The notes: generated by a model from the letters alone, not told the origin. A stretch of DNA of 62,320 nucleotides, filler included, from Catajapyx aquilonaris (GCA_000934665.2; 2 parts of 2 records of this genome joined end to end with filler, not necessarily neighbours in it); one strand, 5' to 3'; counted from the whole stretch's first letter, positions 26,330 to 39,300 are shown. Translations and numbers: made by a program.

Positions 26330-29300
26330 GATCAAGCTCCACATTTTGTCAAAAATGAGACACATATTCCATAGGATAGTGTAGAATATGATGGTGTAGT
26401 CGTTGTGGTGAAATTATCATAGTTCGCTATTGGAGGCCCTAAAATATTTGGCATTGTTGGAAGAACGATCAACATCCACCACCTTTGGGGGAAAAATGAT
26501 CAACGTCCACTCTTGCACTCTGCTACAGTCATCTGTTTTTGCAAGTGGGGGGCAAAATAAAAAACTACACAATCATCAGAGGCCTCATGTATCATGCTAC
26601 AGTAGTTGTGCATAGGTTTCTAACAATCCAAGTGACATTTCCCATTAGAGGTCACAGTTACTTGTATATGTAGCTTAGACCACAATAATGGAGTGAAGCA
26701 AAGATTTTGCCTTGATAAACTAGCGTTCTAAAATAATTGTTCCTTCCGATTGGGCCAAGATATTTACAGATGCACCTAGAAAGTCGAATCCTTTTTGTGC
26801 AATTCAATGTGAGCAGAACATGTTCAAGACCTACACTACATACCTACAAAAACACCATGTCTCCAAATGCCTATTTCCTATTCAGAAAAGCAGAGAGTGG
26901 AAGATCCTCGAAAGCGAACCCGAACTTGGGTTCGCTTTCGAGGATCTTCCACTCTCTTTCACAGGAACACTTTCGATGGACCGTGGGGAACGTCGATTGT
27001 TGTGAAAAGGCATGTAGCACCTTCAGGTCAGCCTCGTGACATGTATCCAGGGTGACTGCCAAATACAGTGATTTGCAGAGCCTCATATGCCATTGATACC
27101 CCAGGGTTATGGACATTTTTATGTGGACCTGCCCTTTGCCACATGTGGTACCGTGTGGTACTGATGTTGATAAAGAAAGACCGATGCTGACAACAATATT
27201 GGTTTAAATTGTTGCATGTACCCGATGGTATGTACCATTTAATAAAATGACTTTCAAACCTATGTTGGGATGTACACAAGAATTGTGGTGGGTCTTAAAA
27301 GTTTGAAATTGCAATATCTCAGTTTTATGTGAGATGGACCTTGATCGTTTTTTCTCCCGAGGTCTTCATATTATGGTAGATCAAAAATGTTTCTGCTAAT
27401 GGTATCCTGATGGCATACACCCATCAGCAATCAATGCTTATGAAAAGTAGTGAATATTATTGTGTTTTAAGCATGTCTGACTGATGTGATCATGATAATA
27501 GTACTGGTAGTATTTCTCATTTTTGACCGAAGCTGTTTTGAGTAGGGGATATGGTGTCCGACTGCTAATCGGGAGGTCCTGGGATCAAATCCCGGGGCCG
27601 GCAACTCTGACCGTGGTTTTCTGTGGTTTCCCACGGTCCTTCCAGGAAAATTGCGGAGTTGTTTCCGTAATTAATAGGCCACAGCCGCTTCCTTCCGTCC
27701 CTATCCTATCCCAAAAAGCGCAGTAAAGTGAAAGCAAAGAGTTCCAGGCAAAACAAAAACTTCCCCCTAAAGAGCCGATAGGCTGATAACGGGGTATGAA
27801 TTATTATTATTAATTATTATTATTTCTCATTTTTAAAGATATTATACACTGCTGAGATCCTTCTTTCGATCCCAGGGCCTGATAGAGGATTCTCATGTAG
27901 ACAGGGTTTCGAGAGGTTCTCTTCCTCTTTGTATGGGTTTCCTTACCCCATTTCCTCCCATTGTCCAAAAATCTCTTCCCCTCCCACCCTTAGCCGTAGT
28001 TGCTTTGACTCCTCCAATTAACCAATCAACCAAAAATATTATCATACACAGTAGCCCTATTGAGGTCAACTTGACACCTGACTGGAAAAACCCGGCTTCT
28101 GGCAAAGGTGAAATTTTACGAGTAGCACAATAAAATCTCGACAAAAATCAGTTATGCCACAATGGCACTGACATATGTCTAATAGTGTCATGTTGGCAAA
28201 TTCAAATATCATCATGGGAAATAATTACAGATTATGTATATTTCTCTTGTGTGCCCTGCCAATATTCAATGCTGCCACATGTCTGTTTTTGCAGGTTAGG
28301 TATAGGGATCATTTGTGGTCTCGAACAATGAGTTATAGGCACATATGAGGCAGCCAACTTATGGGCTTGAAGGCTAACAATAAATGTAGAAGCAAGTGTG
28401 GAAGAGTGCAAGACCTGGTTGCGCCATAGCAGGTTTTAATATCCAGTTCATTACCTCAAGTTTGAGTGCAAACCCAGGTATCAAATGAAAGTTTTGCACG
28501 ATTCTTGACCTTCAAAACCTGAGACACCTTTGTACATACAACAGGCAGAATGCAACCAGGTGTTTCCATACCCTCCCGACAACATAATTATATGATGCAG
28601 ATACGATGCATGTGTACTCTACCAGCCACCTTCAAACAATTCATGATCAGGGTTTTCTGAATGATTATATCGGCTATCATGCAGTTTTGGTTGGCATTTG
28701 GGACTGAAACACAGGAAAATTGGAAGTTTGCAAAACTCAAGATTGAAACTTTGAAAGCCCAACTTTGCCAAGACATAATACCTTCCAGAAGGGTGATTAG
28801 AAGGCCAGAACTCAGGGTTTCAAGCAAAAACCACGAGGGTGCAAAGGGCATAAGAGCAGTGGTATAGACCAAGGGAAATTCCACTCCAAGCAATTTTAAT
28901 AATTGTAATGAATGATGATGGGTGAATCAAACATCAGAATGTCCCACTTCATTCCCTGACCAGTGTGTGCCAATTTATTGTTTTGTGCCCTTGATCTAAG
29001 TGTCTCCAGCCATGACACAAAATAAACGAAATTCTGATTGGAAAACAGCTGAGAAATAACAGTGAATGAAAATTTCCAAATTCCTGGTCAGGAAGGTATT
29101 GCTAGGATGATTTATGTGGAAATTATGTGGACATCATAGCATACCTGCTCACACTTTTCTCGTGCCAATGTGTTGGCCCTGGCTAGACCATGCAGAGACT
29201 TTTGCACATGTTCAAGATGTTCCTTTGATGTTTTGACTTGGGCCTCTAGAACCCCAATTTTCGAATTTTGTTCTTCCATGGATTCTCTTGTCAGCTCCAG

Positions 29301-30468
29301 CACAGTCTGTTCATATTCCTTCTTCTCTACGTCAAGTCTGAGGTGTTTTATTTCCTCTTTGGCTTTCCGTAAATGGACCTGGGCAGCATTTTTCTTTTTC
29401 TTCATAGTCTCCAGTTTTCGCTTAAGCTTGTAAATGTTGTCCTGTTTATTTTTTTTAACGGTCTCAAGTTCAGCCTCATGTGACTGCTGGGCCAACAGGA
29501 TCTCTCCCTTAAGCCTTTCAGAGTCCTCCTGCAAGAGATAGTAAATGAGACCTGTTTAGTGAACAACTGTATATCCAGAACAATGGGTGGTTGATAATTG
29601 TTAGGCTACTCAGTGTTGATAACAATATTATAAACAATAATTAACAAGGATCATCATCCTCTTGTTCTGGATTTGCTATTGATCATGCAACCTACCACTT
29701 TGGAGGTCAGCAAGTTGAACAAATTCAACTCGACTTGAATGTAACACGGGGGCGCAAGTTCAGCGGTGGCCTCCCCTTCCTGTTGTTGTTCCTCCTGCAG
29801 CTCCTGCTGTGCCTGCAAGACCACTGAGTCGTGTGGATGACCACCAATCTCTCTGCTATCGTCTGTGGCATCACAAATGCCATTAAGCATTGAAGACACC
29901 TCCATGGTACAGCCCAGGTTGAAATCATCCCCTGACAACAAGTCCACCATGTCTAAGTCTGACGATATCCCAGTTGTCTCACCATCAGCCTTTCGTTGAC
30001 CAAGGGTGTCTTGTGGTAGGAGCCCTGCCTCCTCATCTAGGCCACCAGCTGATTGGACCATGTATGGCTTGACTCCACCTACATGCGTCTTGGGAGTCTC
30101 CATTATCACAAGCTCTCCTGTAGACTAAACACAACTTATATTATCATCCTAACCACTAATCTTTTTTACGTCCATCAATTCACTACATCAGGGAGCTGAG
30201 GCAACTCATGCCATGAAGCATTTCCTTTTTATTATTCTTGCCTAAGAAAACCCGAAATTACCAATATAACTCAAAAATATACTAACTTGCGTCATATGAT
30301 CAATAAAGTTCCCTGTGTTGTCAATGTTATACTGCATCTAGATACCAAGTAGTGAATCAGGTCCTGTTTCCTTGGTGCAGTATAAATGCACCCTACAATA
30401 TTGTTAACTGTTTACACAAGTTAAAGAGAAACCAAATTACTCATTGCCTGAATTGCCTCATCTGCCAT
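25091..30468 (-). CDS. Candidate unknown coiled-coil protein (~402 aa); exons 30468-30441, 30117-29696, 29528-29145, 25465-25091
   Basis: Three long ORFs bounded by GT-AG sites join in frame. Acidic N-terminal part, E/K/Q-rich heptad region continuing across the last intron, S/T-P-rich tail with KRPKK. The first exon is tentative and I recognise no family. Confidence 0.5.
25658..25939. mobile_element. hAT-type MITE
   Basis: CAGTGCTTTCCAA / TTGGGAAGCCCTG imperfect TIRs; partial TSD ttata. Confidence 0.7.
25948..26201. mobile_element. Tc1/mariner-type MITE family A, copy 2
   Basis: TA|CAGGGTGTT...AACACCCTG|TA. Confidence 0.85.
26287..26325. repeat. (GA)n microsatellite
   Basis: Direct reading. 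Confidence 0.9.
26892..26957. repeat. Perfect 30-bp inverted repeat with 6-nt loop
   Basis: agagagtggaagatcctcgaaagcgaaccc-gaactt-gggttcgctttcgaggatcttccactctct. Confidence 0.95.
27525..27820 (+). mobile_element. tRNA-derived SINE family S2, full length
   Basis: B-box-like GGATCAAATCCC, core ctgaccgtggttttctgtggtttcc...ggccacagccgcttccttcc, (ATT)n tail, 14-bp TSD TATTTCTCATTTTT. Confidence 0.88.
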
Positions 30469-30849
30469 TTTGAACCTTAAAAAAGTTGACAGAAACAGAA
30501 ACCAGACCATAAATTCTACAGGCTTTGGTGTGATCGACCCACCTTGTTTCACCAATGAGATAGTATAACTCCGATCAAAAGTGTACCTTTGCTATTAACT
30601 GTTGGCATTAATATATATTGTTTGCAAATTAATAGCATGATAGATGCATAGTATGCTTCCTCCAGTGGAACTTGACCCAAATAAAAATCCAAATTTAAAA
30701 AAAGGAAGCCATATTTTCCAAGCTCATTTTGTGTATTCTCACCTTTTTGACGCCATTATGTAAGATTTGCGAGAGTTTTACGGGTTTTCCATTGAAAGAA
30801 TCCCTCCCATTTCAACCTATGAAGGGCAAAGAAGCCGTAGGCATGCCAG

Positions 30850-30970
30850 ATGAATTGACGGTAGAAAACATTTCACTTTTCAGGACCTCTTTGGCTAATG
30901 CGACTTCGTGTGACGTCGAAATGTCATTTTCAGAGTATAAAGATATATTGTCAGACAGGCGTCACCGAAT
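30850..30970 (+). mobile_element. hAT-like transposase C-terminal remnant
   Basis: TSCDVEMSFSEYKDILSDRR matches the TSxxVERSFS dimerisation-region motif of hAT transposases. Confidence 0.7.
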
Positions 30971-31000
30971 AATTGTCATTAACCAACGAAAATATGGAAT

Positions 31001-31094
31001 AACTAGCAGGATACCCGGCGTTGCTCGGGTTATGAAAGACTTTTCCATAGGAGTGACTCATTGATTTAGTAGTAACCTTTGCAATAATTATGGC
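31001..31094 (+). mobile_element. Possible Helitron/Helentron-like non-autonomous element end, cut by the assembly gap
   Basis: AACTAG followed by the hairpin ACCCGGCGTTGCTCGGGT; positions 1-97 (ending acagacatac...TAGAT) resemble the other end of this element type. Confidence 0.45.
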
Positions 31095-31194
31095 NNNNNN
31101 NNNNNNNNNNNNNNNNNNNNNNNNNNNNNNNNNNNNNNTTAATTAATTAANNNNNNNNNNNNNNNNNNNNNNNNNNNNNNNNNNNNNNNNNNNN
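31095..31194. other. Assembly gap with artificial six-frame stop linker
   Basis: 44 N + TTAATTAATTAA + 44 N = exactly 100 bp. Confidence 0.95.
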
Positions 31195-31451
31195 CTTGAT
31201 TTTTCTCAACATTTCGGGGGGGGCCCGGCCCCCCCGGGCCCCCCCCCTGCCTACGCCACTGGATTTACACTTGGTCCAAAAAAGAGTGTGGACTAGATGA
31301 GGGCAATGACAATAAGCTGAAATGCAAGTGAAACAACGTATGCTAATTAGATACAGATAATGTAGCTAGTGAGCCCTGAAGCCCATTGAAAATTGCTACT
31401 GTGGGACATAATATTGTATACATTATTTGCCTAAGTTATTACTTTAATATA

Positions 31452-32237
31452 CATGGGTTGATTCATAAGTCATGGCGCATATTTTTTTATTCAAAAAAGG
31501 TAACACATACAGAGATGACCTTTGCTCATTTTTGAAGATCCGGCGATTACAATTTGATCTGGCATACAGATGTTGCCCATATCGCGCGGGGAAACAAATG
31601 AGGATCATGACCCCCCCTCCCCCGTACCATCACCCTAAGAAGGCCCGAGCCTGATGCACTTGGAGCTGTTGAATGTTGCATGCGGGACACTCGGAGATGG
31701 ACGACACTGGAGCTTGCTTTCGCGGGTGGGACAAGTCAGAGCACTATGACCAGAGCCATGTGTGTCATCTATCACCACAAACCATTTGAAAAAACCATCG
31801 CCCTCAATTCGATCGAGTTCCAAGCGAAGGCAAAATGGTGCCTCTTTTGCACCTCAAAGAGATGGTGAGGAACCAGTGAGGATGCCAACATCCTGAGACC
31901 CGTCAGTCTTTCAGAGTCCTAAACATAGTGCTCTGACTCGTCCCACACTCGAAAGCAAGCTCCCGTGTTGTCCATCGCCGACTGTACAGCATGCAGCGTC
32001 CAACAGCTCCAAGCGCATCAGGCTCGGGCCGTCTTAGGGCGGTGGGGGGGGGGGGGNGGGGAAAGGGGGGATCACATTCCCCCTTCGTTTCCCTGCCCAC
32101 CTCGTGATATGGGCGACATCTATATGCCAAATCAAATTGTAATCGCCGGAGCTTCAAAACTCAGCAAAGGTCATCTCTGCATGCGTTACAGTGTTTGAAT
32201 TAAAAAATACGCGCCATGACTTATGAATCAACCCACG
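31452..32237. mobile_element. Palindromic TA-flanked DNA element family B, copy 1
   Basis: TA|CATGGGTTGATTCATAAGTCATGGCGC ... GCGCCATGACTTATGAATCAACCCACG|TA; ~300-bp arms; related shorter copy at 41434-41800. Confidence 0.9.
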
Positions 32238-33309
32238 TAATTTATAGCAATGAACCATCCTTGTAAGGAATGACATGATTCATCATCTTTCTGATGCACA
32301 AATTTCTGTTTGCACCATAATCCCCATCACACTATCAGGGAAAGCTCATTAGTAAGTTTTTGCTGTGTCAAAGTTTTGTTGAGGTTGGTCTCACTGGAAT
32401 TATATAATCCTTAACCCATGACTGGTACAATTGATGGTTTTTGCATGTGATCAACTTCTTGAGATTATTTATCAGTTCTTTCAATACGATGGAGCAATTG
32501 CCTCCATGCATAAAACGTCAAGAGGCAAAATAGCACGTAACTACACAAAATCAGCAGGATTGTGTGAGTGTGTGGCAGTAGCACTTTAGCAGGAGGGACA
32601 AGAGAGATCCTGGAGCAGGAACTAATTTATTAGACTGTCAGGAGTGTGACTCACATTTTGTAAGTTGCATTTGATTATCGCGGTTTTTAACTGCACTGCA
32701 TAGTGGGACCAAGCACTAAAGACCTGGCCAATATTTTTAAAATATCAGCTTTCAAAAAGTTAAATCTGCTGCTTTTATTTGTACTGATGATTATACTGAT
32801 TTGTAATTTGTAGCCAATCATGGAAAATCAGTGATGGGCTGATTTACCCATGCAAGATTTCTGGTACAGTTAAATACCCGTTTTACGCCGCCGGTAATTT
32901 GTTCCAGCAGCATAAGTGATTCGGTGTAAAATGAGACAAAATTATAATGGAAGTAGATGAGATAGGTTCCAGAATTTCCAAATATTTTCCCCAGACAGTA
33001 CTTATTGCTGGTTTTAATACTGGATATTTGAAACATTTATTATGCACATTTTATGGGAGGTTCCAAGTTGAGGGTCATCGGGTTCTGATAGCTTTTTTCC
33101 CTGCATTGGTAAGAACTGCAGTAGACGTGTGGCATGTAACAAACTTCGGGGAGTGCAGAGACCAACAATATGGTACTGTATTTATTGATAGAACCTGCGT
33201 GCTGACGTGATGCTAGTACATGTTTTATGTTTTTTTGTTATTTTAATTGAATTTCATGGAAATCCAAACCATGCTATGTTGCATTTTCAGGATAAATGAA
33301 AAGCAACCT

Positions 33310-33932
33310 CGTGGAATGTAAAATTACACTATATTGAGGAAAAATCAAATTTATGGTGCACGTAACTTGCAATTATATTTGCAGAATAGATTGCAGGAAA
33401 AATAGTTCAGGTGAAACTAAACCCATACCAGGTGGTTTGACACTTGTAGCGCAAGCAGGAGCCGTACAATGACGAGTGGTACTTCACCCCGAAAGTAGTG
33501 TGGTTTTACGTTCTATGGAATATCAAGTGAAAGGGAAAATGAGTGGACCAATGAATTGCACAGAATCTAGGTACCCTAGGATCTTGATTCCTTCGGTCCA
33601 GTGACACATGCAGACTTCTAAATACGTATAAAGGTGTGTTGCATATTAGGACCTAGATTCCATGCACTTCCTCGGTCCATTCATGTTCCCTTTGACTCAA
33701 TATTCCATGAAACGTAAAAGCGCACTATGTTCTGGGTGAGTTGCAAGTGGGGGGTGTACTACTACCGACCACCGTACGTCTCCTGCTTGAACGACAAGTG
33801 TCGAACCACCTGATATGTGTTCAGTTTCGCCGGAACTATTTTTCCTGCACTCTATTCTGCGAATCATAATTGCAAGTTACGTGAACCATAAATTTGATTT
33901 TCACTCAACATAGTGTGGTTTTACGTTCCACG
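33310..33932. mobile_element. Long palindromic (foldback) element
   Basis: aaatcaaatttatggtgcacgtaacttgcaatta...gcaggaaaaatagttc mirrored on the right; arms ~280 bp. Confidence 0.85.
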
Positions 33933-34303
33933 ACAATGTGGAAATCAAAACCGCGCTGTTTTTTTCGGACTCTGCGGGGGGATCCAACTGTCCTTTGCCA
34001 TTCAGTCGTCGTTTACCTCAAGGGGGTCGTACCACCTGGTATGTCGACAGTTTCGCCAAATCTTTCCGTGGATACCAATATCATGCATGTGAGATCTGTA
34101 TTTTCATTATTATTGGCTTCACTGAATAAGGTCGAGATTTGGTTATCTTGAAAATGCAGCATAGGGCTGTTTTGATTTCCAATATTCAATTGTAATAGCC
34201 TGAGAAAGGACAACATCCTTTGGGGAGGATTTGTTATGGAAACAATATCAATTTTTAGAGGGTTCATAAACCTCTCATGCTCAACGATAATTCGGACTTT
34301 TTT

Positions 34304-34638
34304 AAATACATTACCACGTGATAGGGCCGGAGGCCCTTATAGGGGGGTGGAATACCACCATTTTTCTTTCAATTTTTTGATTTTTCTTCTAACTCCGGTG
34401 CAAGGATGAAAGGACATGAGGTAAGGATGGGGATTTTTTGGGGAGGGAACATGGGTGCAAGGTGCAATGTCGTAGCTATGGGTCATGTGCTGTTCCCCAG
34501 GAGGTTAGGTTGCCAGACACCTCCTTGGTGCAGGTCAGATACCCTCCTGACGCCGGTGAAAGGGAACTCCCAGGCGGGGGTTGAACCTGGGACCTTTCAC
34601 TCAGCAAGCCGAGACGTTATCGCCCACCACACCTCCCC
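34304..34638 (-). mobile_element. tRNA-derived SINE family S3, full length
   Basis: Head GGGGAGG...GGTTCAACCCC (B box); TSD TAATTCGGACTTTTTT at 34288 and 34639. Confidence 0.88.
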
Positions 34639-34789
34639 TAATTCGGACTTTTTTTTTTTTTGTAGTGGCCAAGCTTTAGCTCATATTCAGCTACTTGAAA
34701 CACCATATTTAGATGCAGTACCTTTGATTAACACAATTCATATTACAAGGCGGATAACTTCAGTTTTTTCCATTTATACTGAGGGAGTT

Positions 34790-35440
34790 GCAAAGGATCC
34801 CTTCTAGGATTGATTTTGTCGTTGTGTACCGTAACTTTTAGTGGGTATTGTACCTAAGAATGTCATGAGAAAAAGTGAAACTCAGTGTCCTCCTTTTTGG
34901 TTTATGAGTTGGGAATATCAGGGTTTGACGTTGGGAAATTGCAATTTAGTCCACTTTCAAATGATCACAGGAGGAATTGGAAGGTGTTGGAATTTTAATT
35001 TTTACAGTAATGGGATATGACCCCCATTTTTTTTGAGCTGTCATTTAATGAAACTGATGATGGGGAAAAAGCTGGTGGCACAAAGTAGCAACCCTGCAGG
35101 GGCATGGGAGATATGACAGTGGGCCAACATGACTATGCTCACATGAATTTAATTAAATATCAATTTTAGTGAATGATCTGTAGCTCTAAAATATATTGGG
35201 CATGATCTACTATTGCTGTAAAAACTAACGTGGAAATTCCTTAACTTTCCGATTTCCACCTGTGGCTATTTTAAATATGAAAAAATTGCAAATTTCATGA
35301 TATTCAAACTCTGATTTTTACAACTCATAAACCCAATCAGAAGAAACTGAGTTTCACTTTTTTGTGATATTGTTACCTATTTCCTTCACTGAAAATTATG
35401 TTGCACTGCAACAAAATCTATCCTGGAAGGGATCCTTTGC
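34790..35440. mobile_element. Palindromic element
   Basis: gcaaaggatcccttctaggat / atcctggaagggatcctttgc and aaaaagtgaaactcag / ctgagtttcacttttt. Confidence 0.75.
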
Positions 35441-35985
35441 TGCATTAATTTGTTTGCATGAACGGAATATTGCTTTTAAGTGTGACACACTGCAATATAA
35501 TTATGTGCTGTTTTTTATGGCGGCATACAAACATCAGTAAAAGGGACTTATTTTGCCATTTAGTAATAGATTATAACATTCTTAATTTTATTAATATTAG
35601 GCATTAGATATATTGATTTCTACTATGACTACTACAACTACCCAATGCTCCACTTGCATTGTGAAATATTGTGCGTGCTCCTTGTAAATGGCATATTGAC
35701 CTCTGCCCTCCTTGGCGCAGTAAATGGCCTGACACATGCTGACCATCTTCACAATCATGAGTCCCTTTCATGTGGTATAGATGTGATAACCCCCCCCCCT
35801 CCCCCCCCCCTCCCNTCCCCCCCCCCTCAATAATGTTAAGCCCCTCCCATCTCACACACAAGTTAATCTCAAGTCACGTGACCTTGCACTCAATCCCTTC
35901 ATGAACAAAAAAAAGAAATGTATATATAACAGTGGGCTCCCCCTGTCCTTTATATATTTCTCAAAAAAGCCTAGTGTGGTGGAGG

Positions 35986-36230
35986 ATGTCAGCTCCCATA
36001 GGCGAGGAACAACAATCCATGGAAGGGGAGGGTAGGGGGGTGCCTGAGGGAGTGGAGGAGACCCCAGCAATGGAGAAAACACCAGAAACATCGCAGGAGA
36101 AGAACGTTACTTTTTCTTTGGAGAGCATCAGTGATGGAGAAGACGCTGATCGGATGGACATGGAAACGAAGGATGCAATTGTTCTGCTGCCACCACGTGT
36201 CACCATCAAGCAGAGGCGTCAGAGGCTGAG
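35986..36230 (+). CDS. ACC: Putative first coding exon of ACC (acidic N-terminus ending RRQRL)
   Basis: Acceptor at 35973-35974, ATG at 35986, donor ag|gttatt. The phase-2 join to 40862 gives RRQRLRPSMS, like the RRKRLRPSMS N-terminus I recall for insect ACC. Confidence 0.75.
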
Positions 36231-36302
36231 GTTATTATATTTTACATCATTTTAAAGTTGCATGGATTATTATTATTATTAGGCCTATTATTATTGTTAT
36301 TA

Positions 36303-36356
<54 letters not shown>

Positions 36357-39300
36357 GATTATTATTAGGCATTTAAAGTCCAGTATTGTTGCAGAAATAG
36401 ATGCATTAAGTGCTTTATGAGGATACAAGCAAGTTATCAGATTGAAAGTAACTAATCAACCACAACAAATCCAGAGCATAAATTTCCAAGGGCCAGGATT
36501 AGAGCAGGAGCCTGGAGTATTTTTGCATGTGGTGGGGTGAGGGGATGAGAAGAATGAAGGAAGCCATATTGGCCCTACGGGGAATTGCAAATATTGGTGC
36601 CTGAAGAAGAATTTAAGTAATTGGCACTTGCCGAAGCACAATCTCTTCTCTGTAGAAGTTCTTGCTCTGTACAATACCAGCCAAAAACAGTCTAAAAGAC
36701 AAGAAAAAATCCTGTCTATGTGGGGGGCACAGTACATGTACATGTATGTGTACAGTACATGTGTTGTTTATCTATAAAATACTTGTGTCCATGAGCATAG
36801 GGGCAGTGATTGTTTGCTTGTTTTAATGTTTCTCAGTTGGTATGATAACACCCACATGTACTCAACAACTGCACTCTTGACAGCCAATACTTTCTAGATT
36901 GAATGGTATATACTGATGACCTTGACATAACCATGCTTAGATTGAGAGCAATTGGTAGAAGTGGGCAAAGTCTCATTAAAGGGCCAAAACGACAGTCAGG
37001 AATTTACTTAATATCTGATGAATGGAATGATCCATTGACTGCAAAATTTTATTCTGGTAATTTTCATTCAGCTCGAAGACGTTTTGACAAGTATTATTTC
37101 AGTGCAGTTTCTTATTGCCACAACTGAAACTGTTAATGCAGTGTATTTAACTTATTGATGTAGGCTGTGCATTAAAAATTTCCCATGTTTTGTAGCTATT
37201 GCTGTCATCAATATCTTGTCAATGGTAGCTAAAAAAAACTGCAAGCATGAATAGGACTGTTTACCTGATAATGAGGGGGGGGGGGAGAGAGAGAGAGAGG
37301 GAGTGGGAGAGAGAGAGAGAATGTACTGACCTCATTGGGAAAACACGATGATGATAGCAGTGTTTATTAGCATTGAATTATTATTTGTTGTAAGGTATTG
37401 AGAACTGGATTTTTTATGGACAAGTGATTTGCACATGCCATTATTGCATGTTGGGAAAGCTGTGTTTCCCTGTTTCATAAGAGAAAATTGAACTCATTTT
37501 AAAATCACCTGATAGTTAGATGGGCATTTTAGCATGTGTGCGTGTGTGATGAAACTCAGGCCAGTTTTATCAATTGAGAAGCTGGCCTGCAATCTCTGTC
37601 CTCCACTCCAGATTACAGCATATGCCATGTGTCGTTGAGGTCAAGGTGATTGCAATCTCTTCCTGCCAAGTTTTTCACACAGTTCGGTAATGTCAGAGTC
37701 GGATTGATGAACTTTGATCAATTACAAAACGAAACGCAAATCTGGCGCATTTTATGTACCAGAAGATTCTAATCGTGGGAAAAAATGGTACTGGCCGCTT
37801 GTTTGCCACAAACACATTATAATGCAAGCGCACAAATTTTGCAACAACGGCCATTGTGTTTGTTCTTGCGACAATTACTCAATAGTATTATTATCCCCGA
37901 CCTTGCATTTGCCAAGACGGGGGCAAGAGGAGGGGATGAGTTGGAGGTGTGGCTCACCTGTAATTGCATGCCAAGGTCAGTTTTGCAATTTGGGAATCAT
38001 TCCCGTAGTTCGTAGATGACGATGATTATAGAATCCTTCAAAATGGGGTTGCAACATGCAAGTTTTTCGATACCCACACGTACAGTACCCGGAATATAAT
38101 TGCGGAGGTGCCATTATCGATATTTCGCAATGAGAAATTCGTAAGAGCCGCCGATTTATGACGACATGTGACGTCATGCCTGTTTAAGCCAATCAGGTCG
38201 TATGGCGGGAATGGCTCGATCCGTGACGTAGCGCATCGGAAGACATGTTTGTGACGTCATTGGCCGAGGCGTTGAAAAATGAAACGGAGGATGACACGTC
38301 GATGGGAGAAGAAAAAAAAAGTGTCGCGAATAATTTTTTCTTGCTGGTACTGGTTACTCTTGTCATAATGCGTGTCCTCTCGATCATGTCGCGTTCGTCG
38401 CAGTTGCTGGAATTAGGGGGNTGGACAATCCCTGTGCTGAGCTACTCAACCTGTACAGGGTGTGTCAAAAGTAATTTCGGCGCTCGTGGAGGTTGTATTA
38501 AAAAAAAAAAAAAAATGCCGACTTGCAGATGTTCGTCACGAAATAAGTGTTGCCCTATTGGCTGAATATTATAACAGAATGAAATAGCTATGCAACGTGA
38601 ATAAATGGAATATTGTGTTAATGTTATGGTGATTTATAGCGTTGACATTTTATGCGTTGGAGAAAACTGCTTGGCAATACTGTGACAGTTGGAAAAAATA
38701 AGATGTTATACAGTGCCTTACCAAAATAACTGCTAAGTTATCAGCTTATGGCAAAAATCACTAAAATGGACACCTGTTCTAATACACACCTTTTGTGAAC
38801 TGGGCCAGGAAATTCTATTACAAAATTATCTTGCAATTAATTTGAGTTACATTAATTGGGTTTCAATAATAATACCTTAAGAACTAACTGAATAACTGAA
38901 TGTCAGATTGAATGGATTAGACTTCATATCTATTCAATAGGGACTTCCCCCATTCCCATAGATTCATAGAGGAATTAATATAATCAGAAGGGAGGTAGGG
39001 GAGTGGAGAGGAGCTGGTAAAAAGAAGCGGAACTGACAGTGAGTTACATCAGATGAGTGCTAGGCAACGTGGGGGATGGGGAAGAAACAAGGTCATCCTG
39101 CAAGGTAGAAAGTGTGGTAACAAGACCTCAAAAACTTCTCCAAAGAAGCAGGTGGAAGGAAAGAAAAAGTAGGCAAAAGGGACGTCACTTCCCACCATCC
39201 CCCTAGTCGCTGTAGTGAGTTCAAAAGGCGAAAGAATGAATGGAGATGTGGTGTAAGTGAATTTTTGTCTTTTTCTTAAGTGATTTGCAGGCAATACAGG

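Noticed and set aside
31472..32198. Paired ORFs sharing RRLQFDLAYRC
   Set aside because: The two arms of one foldback element
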